64,000 nucleotides of DNA, from contig JBOEGF010000043.1 of assembly GCA_050633305.1 (NCBI GenBank), forward strand, positions 224,001 through 288,000. The letters run 5' to 3'. A program made the translations under genes and the position numbers. Below are positions 33,747 through 42,168 of this stretch, piece after piece. Origin of the DNA: Nannocystales bacterium. GTDB lineage: Bacteria > Myxococcota_A > Polyangia > Nannocystales > Nannocystaceae. The notes beneath the pieces were generated by a model. That model saw only the letters and a list, made by a program, of their open reading frames with translations, had not been told where the DNA came from and did not search any database. Numbering within the stretch: the first letter of the stretch is position 1; every line of letters starts with the position of its first letter.

Positions 33747-34949
33747 CTACTCGAGCCAGTCGCTGGGGATCCGCATTCCGGACATACTGTCGCCCGGCCC
33801 CATGCCGCGCAGGGCATCTCCGCCGACGCGGCGGGTGGCCAGGCCTGCGAAGGTCTGAAGGCTCGCCGAGCTGCGGGGGAGGTGGTGACGGTCGAGAAGG
33901 CTGGACATGTTCGCCCCCATCATCCACGCGGCATCGGAGTGCGCGAGCGTACGAACGACCAGCTGTTGCGTGGAGTCCAGCTCCTCGAACTCTGCGGCGG
34001 CAGGCTCGGTGGGATCGAAGGCCAGCCCGACGATGGTCTCGGCGATCGCCAAGGCGCTGCTGGGGTCGGACCCCGCGAGCAGCTTGGCGAGGGCGGGGAC
34101 GGTGTGTGAGGCCTTGTCTCGGCCGATGGCCAACAGGGCACGCGCCGTGGCGGCGGGGGTGTTCTCATCCGCCCACGGGGACTCGGCGTGCAGCGGCTCG
34201 ATCGCAGAGGGATCCTTGAGCGCGAACATCAATGACTCGACCACGGCGTCGTCGGAGTCGGTGGTCGCCAGGAACGCCAGAGACCGGGCTGCGGCCCACC
34301 GCACATAAGGTGCGTTGTCGTGCTCGACCAGGTCGAGCAGACGCATGCGGGTGAGCGGCTCATCACCCAGGCTTCCCAACGCCTCGGCGATGCTCGCTCG
34401 GACGACGGGGACCGACTCGCTCGCGAGCCGTCCGCCGAGCACGGCGATCGTGGTCGGTGCATCGTCACGGAGTCCGCCCAGCAGGAACGCGGCGGAAGCA
34501 CGGGTCCCAGGGTCGTCGTGGGACAGCAGCTGCCGGTAGGTTTGCAAACCCTTGCGCACCGCCAACGTGGCATCACCAACCCAGGACTGCTCTTGGGCGA
34601 TCTTCGCGGCGAACTCCGGAGTGTTTCGCTCCCCCTCGTAGATGCCGTGCTCCTGGTGCACTTCGTGGTGGGAAGCGCCGTTGGCCAGAGCGCTGAGGTA
34701 GATCAGCAACCACGGCCGGTCGACGTGCTCGGCATGCTCGAGCAACTCGACGAGGAACGGGATCGCTGGCGGCGCGGCCTCGCACACCGTGCCGTGCGAC
34801 CACAGCGTTCCGTACAAGTCGTACTGAGACCGGGCCCGGGGTTCGTCGTCTTCGGACGCGAGGTCTCGGATCAGATCGGGGACGTCGTCCGCGGGACCCT
34901 GGGCGTGACGCAACTTCGCCCACGGGACGTCTTCGAGGCCATCGAGCAT
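33747..34949 (-). CDS. HEAT-repeat protein
   Basis: W..L.HA.G.A.DVP.L N-terminus; repeated VRASIAEALG / VRWAAARSL helices. Confidence 0.8.
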   Translation of the reverse strand: MLDGLEDVPWAKLRHAQGPADDVPDLIRDLASEDDEPRARSQYDLYGTLWSHGTVCEAAPPAIPFLVELLEHAEHVDRPWLLIYLSALANGASHHEVHQEHGIYEGERNTPEFAAKIAQEQSWVGDATLAVRKGLQTYRQLLSHDDPGTRASAAFLLGGLRDDAPTTIAVLGGRLASESVPVVRASIAEALGSLGDEPLTRMRLLDLVEHDNAPYVRWAAARSLAFLATTDSDDAVVESLMFALKDPSAIEPLHAESPWADENTPAATARALLAIGRDKASHTVPALAKLLAGSDPSSALAIAETIVGLAFDPTEPAAAEFEELDSTQQLVVRTLAHSDAAWMMGANMSSLLDRHHLPRSSASLQTFAGLATRRVGGDALRGMGPGDSMSGMRIPSDWLE

Positions 34950-35172
34950 CGCCCAACACCATATTCCAAGCGGGGGCACTCGCGGCAGTTTCGAGTAAGC
35001 ATGCTGCTCATGACGGAAGTCACAGGCTGTGGCGCCCGGATCCAGTGCAACGCCGTACGGACGCTCGATTGTGCTGCGCAGCAGGCGCGGCCGATTCGCG
35101 GACGACGAGAGAGATCGCGGGTCGAACGTCGGGTGGGGGCCTGGGTCGCGACGGGAGCGACAAGCCCCAACG

Positions 35173-35209
35173 AAAAAACCGAGGCCGGCTCGTGAGAGCC
35201 GACCTCGGT
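35173..35209 (-). terminator. Rho-independent terminator after tRNA-Ala(GGC)
   Basis: ACCGAGGCCGGCTC-GTGA-GAGCCGACCTCGGT hairpin with a T run on the minus strand. Confidence 0.8.
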
Positions 35210-35211
35210 CA

Positions 35212-35284
35212 TGGAGGAGAGGGGGTTCGAACCCCTGACCTACGCGCTGCCAGCGCGTCGCTCTCCCAACTGAGCTACACCCCC
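35212..35284 (-). tRNA. tRNA-Ala(GGC)
   Basis: Cloverleaf GGGGGTGTAGCTCAGTTGGGAGAGCG..CT-GGC-AG..GGTTCGAAC; G3:U70 identity pair; CCA not encoded. Confidence 0.95.
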
Positions 35285-35317
35285 ATGGAGAACTTCCCCG
35301 CCGTTGACGGGGCGCTT

Positions 35318-35346
35318 GAACTACACCGGGCCGTCCGGGGCGTCAA
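35318..35346 (-). promoter_or_regulatory. Putative promoter of tRNA-Ala(GGC)
   Basis: TTGACG-N17-TAGTTC. Confidence 0.55.
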
Positions 35347-35505
35347 CCGAAAACCGACAGCCTTTCGAAAAACCGAGTCCGGCGACCCACGGTTGAGCTG
35401 CAAGCGATCAACAGGCCGGCCGTTCTTGCTCCCCGCGTGGACCCCGGGCCATGATCCGCCCGCGTCTTTGGGCCACTCGAAGCGCCCACGCACGCCGCAA
35501 CCATC

Positions 35506-36198
35506 ATGGATTTCGCCGAACTCTTCGCGCAGGGCGGGGCCCTCATGTGGGCCATTCTCGGCGCGTCCATCGTGGGCACCGCCGTCTTCATGGAGCGCCT
35601 CTGGTCGCTCCAACGATCCAAGGTGCTTCCTCGCGACTTCGTTGACCGAGTCCGTGGTTTGGTCGGACGTCGAAAAACCTCGGAGGCACAGGTGCTCTGC
35701 GAGGAGAACCGCTCGAGCATCGCGTCGATCATGGCGGCCGCGATTCGGACCCACGAACACGGGAAGACACGGGCCGAGATCAAGGAGGCGGTCGAGGAGG
35801 TTGGCAACCGAGAGATCGCCCATCTCGATCGCAACGTCGAAGTCATCGGAACCGTCGCCCAGGCGTCACCGTTGATGGGGCTGCTCGGTACGGTCATCGG
35901 GATGATCTTTGTGTTCCAGGACTTCGTGCAGTCCTACAAAGACGGAACCGTGGGCCCTGATTCGTTCGCACAGGGGATCTGGCAGGCCCTCATCACCACG
36001 GCGTTCGGTCTGACCGTCGCCATCCCGATGCTCGTCGCCTACAAGTATCTTCAAGGCCGCAACGACCGGCTGATCGTCGACATGGAAGAAGACGCGATGG
36101 GTCTTGTGGACCTGCTCGAGGACACGACCCGACGCGAGCCGAGTCGTTCGAGAGGCAAAGACAGCAAGAGCGAGGACGAGTCGGAGGACGGTTCGTGA
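35506..36198 (+). CDS. exbB: MotA/TolQ/ExbB proton channel
   Basis: SPLMGLLGTVIGMI, GIWQALITTAFGLTVAIP. Confidence 0.9.
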   Translation: MDFAELFAQGGALMWAILGASIVGTAVFMERLWSLQRSKVLPRDFVDRVRGLVGRRKTSEAQVLCEENRSSIASIMAAAIRTHEHGKTRAEIKEAVEEVGNREIAHLDRNVEVIGTVAQASPLMGLLGTVIGMIFVFQDFVQSYKDGTVGPDSFAQGIWQALITTAFGLTVAIPMLVAYKYLQGRNDRLIVDMEEDAMGLVDLLEDTTRREPSRSRGKDSKSEDESEDGS

Positions 36199-36614
36199 GC
36201 TTTAGGCCTCGGGGCCTTGGCGCTCGAAGTCATCGACGTCGGCGGGAGACGTTGGTTGATCTCACACCGCTCATCGACATCGTGTTCCAGCTGCTGATCT
36301 TCTTCCTCCTCACCGCGACCTTCCAGGAGACCCCGTCGTTCAAGGTCAAGCTGCCCAAGGCGAAGAACACGGACGTCAACAAGGAAGCCAAGGCGGTGAT
36401 GGTGACGCTGGGCTCCGATGGCTCCTACGGGATCGATGGCAAGGTCGTCGACTCGGCCGAACTCGAACTGCGCCTGTGTGCCGCGGCGCAGGGCGAGAGC
36501 ACCGGGGTGAGCATCAAAGCCGATGCCGACACCCCGCACCGCTACGTCGTCGAAGTGATGGGCTTCGCGAAGTCGTGCGGCCTCGAGAAGCTGAACATCC
36601 TGCATGGTCGGTGA
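36195..36614 (+). CDS. exbD: ExbD/TolR biopolymer transport protein
   Basis: DLTPLIDIVFQLLIFFLL, IKAD; GTGA overlap with exbB. Confidence 0.9.
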   Translation: MSFRPRGLGARSHRRRRETLVDLTPLIDIVFQLLIFFLLTATFQETPSFKVKLPKAKNTDVNKEAKAVMVTLGSDGSYGIDGKVVDSAELELRLCAAAQGESTGVSIKADADTPHRYVVEVMGFAKSCGLEKLNILHGR

Positions 36615-36726
36615 GACCCTGAGGTTCGTTTCGGGAATCGTCGGCTAGGTAGGCTTCGCTACGCTGCTGTCATCGTCTACTCTCTACGGCCAGGAGTCGT
36701 TGAATACAGGAAACGAAGTCGCGCGG

Positions 36727-37533
36727 ATGAAGAGTCTCGTCATTGCCAGCCAAAAGGGAGGGGTGGGGAAGACGACGGTGTCGCTCAACCTCGCCTACGC
36801 GTTCGCTCGGGCGGGATACCGGACGGTTCTTGTCGACACTGATCCCCAAGGGGCAATCGGGCTGTCGCTCTCGAAGTCTCTGACGACGCGGCTTGGCCTC
36901 GCGGACTACGTTGCCGGGGAAACCACCGTGGATGACGCGTTGGTCGCGACCAAGGTCGACGGCTTCTCGATCATCCCGGTCGGTACGGTCGCGCCGCTCG
37001 AAACGCAGAGCTTTGGCGCAGCCATGGCGGACGGAAGCCGACTACGGGGGCTGTTTGACGCCCTCGGCTCGCGTTTCGACCTGGCCTTGGTGGACACACC
37101 GTGTGGGTTCGGCGGCATCACCGCCGGCGCGCTCCGAGCTTGCTCGCATGCCGTCTCGCCGATTCAAGCGGAGCCAATCTCACTGCGCTCGGTGATGCAG
37201 CTGCTGGAGATGGTCAAGGCCCTGGGCGCGGAGGGGGAAGTCGCCGGTGTCGTCGGATTCTTGCTGAGCATGCTTCAAACGGACGACGAGGCGTCGCTTC
37301 AAGTTGCGCGGGATGTCTGGGAGATGTTCCCGCGCGAACTCTTGTTCGACGTCAGTGTCCCGCGCGATGGCGTGTTCCTCGAGGCGACCGCTGCGGGCGT
37401 CCCGGTGGGCCTGCTGCGCCGGCCTGCTCCCCCTGTCACCCACGTTTTCGACTTGGTCGCGTCCGAACTGGCGCGACGAATGGAACTGGATACCGCGAGG
37501 ATGGTCGATGGCCCACAGTCACTCCTGGATTGA
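36727..37533 (+). CDS. ParA/Soj-family ATPase (orphan, no parB nearby)
   Basis: SQKGGVGKTT deviant Walker A, VDTDPQG, VDTP. Confidence 0.9.
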   Translation: MKSLVIASQKGGVGKTTVSLNLAYAFARAGYRTVLVDTDPQGAIGLSLSKSLTTRLGLADYVAGETTVDDALVATKVDGFSIIPVGTVAPLETQSFGAAMADGSRLRGLFDALGSRFDLALVDTPCGFGGITAGALRACSHAVSPIQAEPISLRSVMQLLEMVKALGAEGEVAGVVGFLLSMLQTDDEASLQVARDVWEMFPRELLFDVSVPRDGVFLEATAAGVPVGLLRRPAPPVTHVFDLVASELARRMELDTARMVDGPQSLLD

Positions 37534-38182
37534 TCTCGACACGCTGCGGGCATTGGTCAAGGACACGGCGTACCGCCCGTTGGCTGGCGACGAGCTGCCA
37601 GGCGCCATGACGGATCGGTCTGCGCTGCTCGAGACGAGTTCGCCCCCACGTCCCCCCGAGCGTTCGGCGCCTGCCGAGCCCACCCTCGATCGTACGCCGA
37701 CTCCCTCGCGGCCCGTGGGGTCGGTCCGACGTGCGACACGGCCGACGCTGCCGAACCCCGACCTCGGTCCGCCGGGGTCGCCACCACCGGTTCGCGCATC
37801 GATGCTCGACCCGTTTCTCCCCACCCCCGGTCGCTTGGAGTCCCGCCTCGAGCAGCTCATGGTCTGGGCGTGCAAGGTGACCGGGCTGGCCCGGGCCTAT
37901 GTCGCCGACTCCGACGGTCTGCTCGTCGCATCCCTCAACGCTGGCGCGAACGCGGTGGATGACGCCGCCGCTGCGGTCGATCTCTGTTCCCGGTCCGTAC
38001 CCGCGGACATTGGGGGGGCGGACGCAGGCTCCATAACCATGGTGGCTTCGGAGCGAACGCATGTGATCGCTTGGGATCTCACGCGTCACGGGCGGACGTA
38101 CCTGGCTCTGTCCGGGACCGTCGAACCAACGTCCGAAGCCCTCTCCACTCTTTCCCGCGCTCTCCGTGACGCGCTTCGCTAA
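37508..38182 (+). CDS. Pro-rich linker plus C-terminal Roadblock/LC7 (MglB)-like domain
   Basis: LEQL..VTGLARAYVADSDGLLVAS matches the Roadblock alpha1-beta1-beta2 pattern; overlaps the parA end. Confidence 0.6.
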   Translation: MAHSHSWIDLDTLRALVKDTAYRPLAGDELPGAMTDRSALLETSSPPRPPERSAPAEPTLDRTPTPSRPVGSVRRATRPTLPNPDLGPPGSPPPVRASMLDPFLPTPGRLESRLEQLMVWACKVTGLARAYVADSDGLLVASLNAGANAVDDAAAAVDLCSRSVPADIGGADAGSITMVASERTHVIAWDLTRHGRTYLALSGTVEPTSEALSTLSRALRDALR

Positions 38183-38195
38183 ACGAGACTTGACC

Positions 38196-38906
38196 ATGAC
38201 GAATCCTGAGTTCGCCGCGCTGGTTCGCACCATCGAGCCGTTGCGCGCATGCTTCATCATCGAAGCGAGCAGTGGTGCACTGCACCGCGAGTTCCGTAGG
38301 GGCGCCCTTACCGTTGAGCCCGACGTGGTTGCGCGTGCTGTCGCCGGGTTGGCCCGGGCGCAAACTGAGCTCGTGGGTTCCTCCGAGCCTGCCACCCTCA
38401 CCACGCTGGAATGGCCGGGGGTGACGTTGATCGTTCGGTCGGTTTCAGCCTCCGCGCTCGTGGTGTTCTTCTTCGACGCCGAAATGTCGCTTGGGCTTGC
38501 CCGCATGCACATCACCAACGTGCTCGACCAACTCGACTCACACCTTCCGGTGGCGCACGCGACCACGGTCCGCGAGATGCCTGCGGTCCCTGCATCGCTG
38601 GCCTACTCGACGCCAGAGCCAGAGCCGGCGATCGAAAGGCCGCAACCTGCTGCAGCGCCAGCGCCAGCGCCCGAGCCGACTGCGACCGATGAGTTGCCGG
38701 CTCCGGGAGGCTCGAGGGCAGGAAAACTCCTGGGTTATCTCGATGACAACGCGCCCGACACCCACGCGGCGCTCCTTCGAGTGTCGCTGCAAACGGGTTT
38801 GCCGCTCTCCCTTCTCAAGACTCCCGAACGCCTCTCTGGGGAGGAATTCGATCAGGTCACCGCATCCGTCCGCCGAATCCTTGGCGTCGAACAACTCCCG
38901 CTTTGA
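38196..38906 (+). CDS. N-terminal Roadblock-like domain, linker and small helical C-terminal domain
   Basis: ACFIIEASSG..TLIVRSV..VVFFFD..SLGLARM pattern. Confidence 0.55.
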   Translation: MTNPEFAALVRTIEPLRACFIIEASSGALHREFRRGALTVEPDVVARAVAGLARAQTELVGSSEPATLTTLEWPGVTLIVRSVSASALVVFFFDAEMSLGLARMHITNVLDQLDSHLPVAHATTVREMPAVPASLAYSTPEPEPAIERPQPAAAPAPAPEPTATDELPAPGGSRAGKLLGYLDDNAPDTHAALLRVSLQTGLPLSLLKTPERLSGEEFDQVTASVRRILGVEQLPL

Positions 38907-38920
38907 GGAAGACCTGAGCG

Positions 38921-40180
38921 ATGACAAATACGATTGATTCGGCTCGGCTCCACGTGCCCGAGCATCAGTTCGACTTCCTCGCTGGGAGTCCCGTGGTGGT
39001 GCACTGCCACCACTTCAACCTGTTTTGGGACCAAACGATGGACGACGCGCTCGGCGAAGAGGTCGGCCGTCGGGTTCGGACCCATGCCGCGCACAAGTCC
39101 AGCTACAAGTTCCTTCGTGGCTTGGTCGACGAGGTGGGCGCAACGTCGCCGGTCGAACGACTGCGCCTCGCCGCGACGGTGTTCTCCGCCATGGGGCACG
39201 GCAAGTTGCACCTCGCGGTCGGTCGCAGCGGCGGACTCGTGCGGGGAGAGCAGCTTCACTATGGGTTCGGGTGGGGCGAAAAATACGGAGGACGCCTGTC
39301 TCGAAGCCACCCCGCGGATGCGTTCGCGACGGGGTTCAGCGCGGCGGCCACCGAGGTCGCGTACAACCTGGACCCGGGAACGCGGCGCGCGACCGAAGAG
39401 CGATGCATCGTCGATGGGAGCGCCGGATGCAGCATCCGGGTGTCCGGTGCCGACGCTGAGCCGATCCTCCCTCTCGGGGTGGATCCGCAGTCCGCGAAGG
39501 AGGTCCTGCCGCCCTCGTTCGACGGGATGTACGAAGATCAGATCGCACCGATCGTCTCGGGGCTTCGGGAGTTCCTCTCGGGAGTCGCGGGGGACAACCG
39601 CGGCGTGATCGAAGCGTTCGGCGTGCTGGTCACTGCGCACTTGGCCGACTACTACAACCACGCTGCGAACGACGTCCTGGACATCATCGCAGAGGAAAAG
39701 CCCGCAGGCGTGCAAGCGTTCCGGGCCCTGTTGTTGGAGGCTGGGACGGCCTGCGCGTTCCATACGTTCGGCGGGGTGTTGGCCTCTCCGGAATGGGAAG
39801 GGCTGGTCGGCCCTCCGACGGGGGACCCGCTCGAGGTCGTCATCGGATGTGCTGCACTGGCGCGTGCGCTTGGCTTTGGCCGTTGGGCGATCGAAGAGTT
39901 CGAACCCGAAACACGGCTCGTCATGACGAGCCCTGGGACCTACGAGTCGGTCTTCTCGCGGCTGATCTCCGCCAACGCGGCGGAGGGCCCCGGAGGCATC
40001 TTCGTCGGCGCTGGAATCGGGATCATGCAGCTCGCACACGGCGTCAACTGGCAGCCGCGGGCCAACATCGATGGCAAGCTCTATCTTGATCTCGCGAGGA
40101 GCAATCCGTGGGTCGTGACTCAGGAAAGCTCGTTTGCGGCGGGGGACGTTCTCGATCGGATCGTGGTGACCCGTCGATGA
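38921..40180 (+). CDS. Tandem V4R (4-vinyl reductase-like) domain protein
   Basis: MGHG..FATGF..EERCIVDGSAGC and LGFGRW..QESSFAAGD halves; HCHH motif. Confidence 0.65.
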   Translation: MTNTIDSARLHVPEHQFDFLAGSPVVVHCHHFNLFWDQTMDDALGEEVGRRVRTHAAHKSSYKFLRGLVDEVGATSPVERLRLAATVFSAMGHGKLHLAVGRSGGLVRGEQLHYGFGWGEKYGGRLSRSHPADAFATGFSAAATEVAYNLDPGTRRATEERCIVDGSAGCSIRVSGADAEPILPLGVDPQSAKEVLPPSFDGMYEDQIAPIVSGLREFLSGVAGDNRGVIEAFGVLVTAHLADYYNHAANDVLDIIAEEKPAGVQAFRALLLEAGTACAFHTFGGVLASPEWEGLVGPPTGDPLEVVIGCAALARALGFGRWAIEEFEPETRLVMTSPGTYESVFSRLISANAAEGPGGIFVGAGIGIMQLAHGVNWQPRANIDGKLYLDLARSNPWVVTQESSFAAGDVLDRIVVTRR

Positions 40181-40515
40181 GTCTTGCCCTGGGATTCGCG
40201 CGTGACGTTGGCTGTCGGGCCGACTTGTTGTGGCGCTGCGATTTGGTGGACGGGACGCAAACCGCCGCATGGGTTGCGCTCGCTACTGCAGCGGGGTTCT
40301 CGTCGGTCCCCGGTTCCTCGCGTCTGGGCGTTGCGGTGTTGGAAGAGCCCGGGTCGGGTCATCGCATCGTTGCCGTGTTGCGGACCGGGCGTCTGCAGAT
40401 CCGGTTGGACGCCATGACGCCGAAACCGACGCGTGTGCTGCAAGCACGGCGGCTCTTCGATCGACTCCGCGCCCTTGAGGCGCCCGTGGACAGCCCGCAG
40501 CTGGAGGCCCCATGA
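40177..40515 (+). CDS. Hypothetical small protein in the ParA/Roadblock operon
   Basis: ATGA overlaps on both sides. Confidence 0.6.
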   Translation: MSLALGFARDVGCRADLLWRCDLVDGTQTAAWVALATAAGFSSVPGSSRLGVAVLEEPGSGHRIVAVLRTGRLQIRLDAMTPKPTRVLQARRLFDRLRALEAPVDSPQLEAP

Positions 40516-41618
40516 GCATGAAAGTGTTGCTGGTCGACTCGGACCTCGCGCTGCTTCGCACGATGCGTGGTGCCGCCGCGGCGGAAGGCGGGACCATCGA
40601 GCTGCTGACCGCGCAGACCTGGGATGCCGCGTTGGAGCTGCTCACGATCGTCGAGCCCGCGTTGGTGGTGGGTGCCGTCGAGCGGACGACCGCGCCTGAG
40701 TTGTCCTCGCTCGTTCAGCTGCAGCGGCGGGGGCTCGCCGTGGCGGCGTTCGGACCCGACGTGCCCGAGTTGGTCCGGGTCGCGGCTGCCGCAGGCGTGG
40801 CGGAGTACATCTGCAAGCCGATCAGCAGCGCCGCGTTTTTTGTTCGACTCCAGCGACTGATCCGGGCTGCGGCCACAAGCAGCAAGGCTGGACTCACCGG
40901 GTTTGCGCTGGCGGACCTGCTTCAGCTGGTGTCGATGTCCCGCCAGAACATGACGCTGCGAGTTCGTAGCGGCGACAAAGCGGGCGAACTCGTCGTGGCT
41001 GAGGGGATGCTCGTGCATGCCGAGGCTGGGGAGCAACGCGGACTCGAAGCTGCGGTCGCGGTACTCGATTGGCCCAACAGTGAAGTGTCCTCCAGTCCCG
41101 AGGTCCCCGCGAAGGCATCGTGGACGACGGACGTTCCCTTGATGGAGCTCCTCGTCGATGCCGCTCGGCTGCGGGACGAGAAGCACCGGGACGATGCGAA
41201 CCGCCAAGTTGAGCAGCTCGTGTCCGAAGCCCTCGAGCTTCCCGGTGTGGTTGCCGCGGCGCTCATTCATGTGGCCTCGCGGACCGAGGTCCACGGGGAT
41301 GGTGCGGTCGGCAACGGTCGGACCCTCGGTCTGGGTTTGGTTCTCGACGCGCTCGCGCTTGGAGACGAGCGGGGGCAGGGGGAGCAGCCGCTGGAGATCC
41401 AGTTTTCGCTGGGCTCGTGCGACGTGCTCGGTTGTGCGGTTGGCGCGACCGGTGTGGTGATGGTGGTCTGGACCGATGCCGGGGAGCTTCGCTCGGGCAC
41501 CCAGCTTGCGCTGCGACGAGCGCGCGAGCGCGACGCCGAACAAACGGCGACAGCATTTTCGACGGTGGGGATCGACCTCGTCGACCACGACGTCGACGAC
41601 GACTTCCGGTTGGAATAG
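40512..41618 (+). CDS. Pseudo-receiver + DUF4388 (PATAN) + Roadblock-like protein
   Basis: KVLLVDSD..YICKP (REC); LADLLQLVSMSRQ..GMLVHAE..LDW..LMELLVDAARLRDE (DUF4388); ELPGVVAAALI (Roadblock). Confidence 0.8.
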   Translation: MSMKVLLVDSDLALLRTMRGAAAAEGGTIELLTAQTWDAALELLTIVEPALVVGAVERTTAPELSSLVQLQRRGLAVAAFGPDVPELVRVAAAAGVAEYICKPISSAAFFVRLQRLIRAAATSSKAGLTGFALADLLQLVSMSRQNMTLRVRSGDKAGELVVAEGMLVHAEAGEQRGLEAAVAVLDWPNSEVSSSPEVPAKASWTTDVPLMELLVDAARLRDEKHRDDANRQVEQLVSEALELPGVVAAALIHVASRTEVHGDGAVGNGRTLGLGLVLDALALGDERGQGEQPLEIQFSLGSCDVLGCAVGATGVVMVVWTDAGELRSGTQLALRRARERDAEQTATAFSTVGIDLVDHDVDDDFRLE

Positions 41619-41865
41619 ACGCCCGCGTTCGCCGCGGGCGGCCCGCTGGCCGTCCCGCGGGAGCCCAGGAGCCCAGGAAAGGGGCCCGCGGGACCCCGGA
41701 AGCCGTGGTTACGGCCGAGGGCAACCCCGGGTGGGGGCCGCACGGTGGGACTGCACAAATGGGGCCCCTGCCAGAGCGCGCTCGCGGGGTCCAGTTTTTT
41801 GGCGGGCACGGTCCAGATGCGTAGCTTGGCCGCGGGAAGCGTCCGCTCGGCGATCCCTCGGTCCC

Positions 41866-42168
41866 ATGCATTGGCTCAATCGCATTCTGCTCGCATTGTT
41901 GGTGGCCGGCGTCGTGGCAATCGCTCCGCGGCAGTTTGAGGCAGCGTCCGACAACGACGACCTGACGAGGGTCTCCGAAGAGAAAGCGGGGTTGCTGGAA
42001 ACCAATACGGTGCTCGCCGGAGAGATCGAACTGTTGCGGGCGGAAATCTCGGCGCTCAAGGGAGACAAGGCAGAGGTGGCTCGCATCGCGCGAGAGGACC
42101 TGAACCTGGTGCTCCCCGGCGAGGTCGTCTTCGAGGTCGACTACAGCAAGCTGGAGGACTCGAAATGA
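41866..42168 (+). CDS. ftsB: Septum formation initiator FtsB/DivIC family
   Basis: TM plus coiled coil plus ARIAREDLNLVLPGEVVF. Confidence 0.8.
   Translation: MHWLNRILLALLVAGVVAIAPRQFEAASDNDDLTRVSEEKAGLLETNTVLAGEIELLRAEISALKGDKAEVARIAREDLNLVLPGEVVFEVDYSKLEDSK

Noticed and set aside
36727..37533. Chromosome partition locus parABS
   Set aside because: No parB adjacent and no parS palindrome noticed; treated as an orphan ParA.
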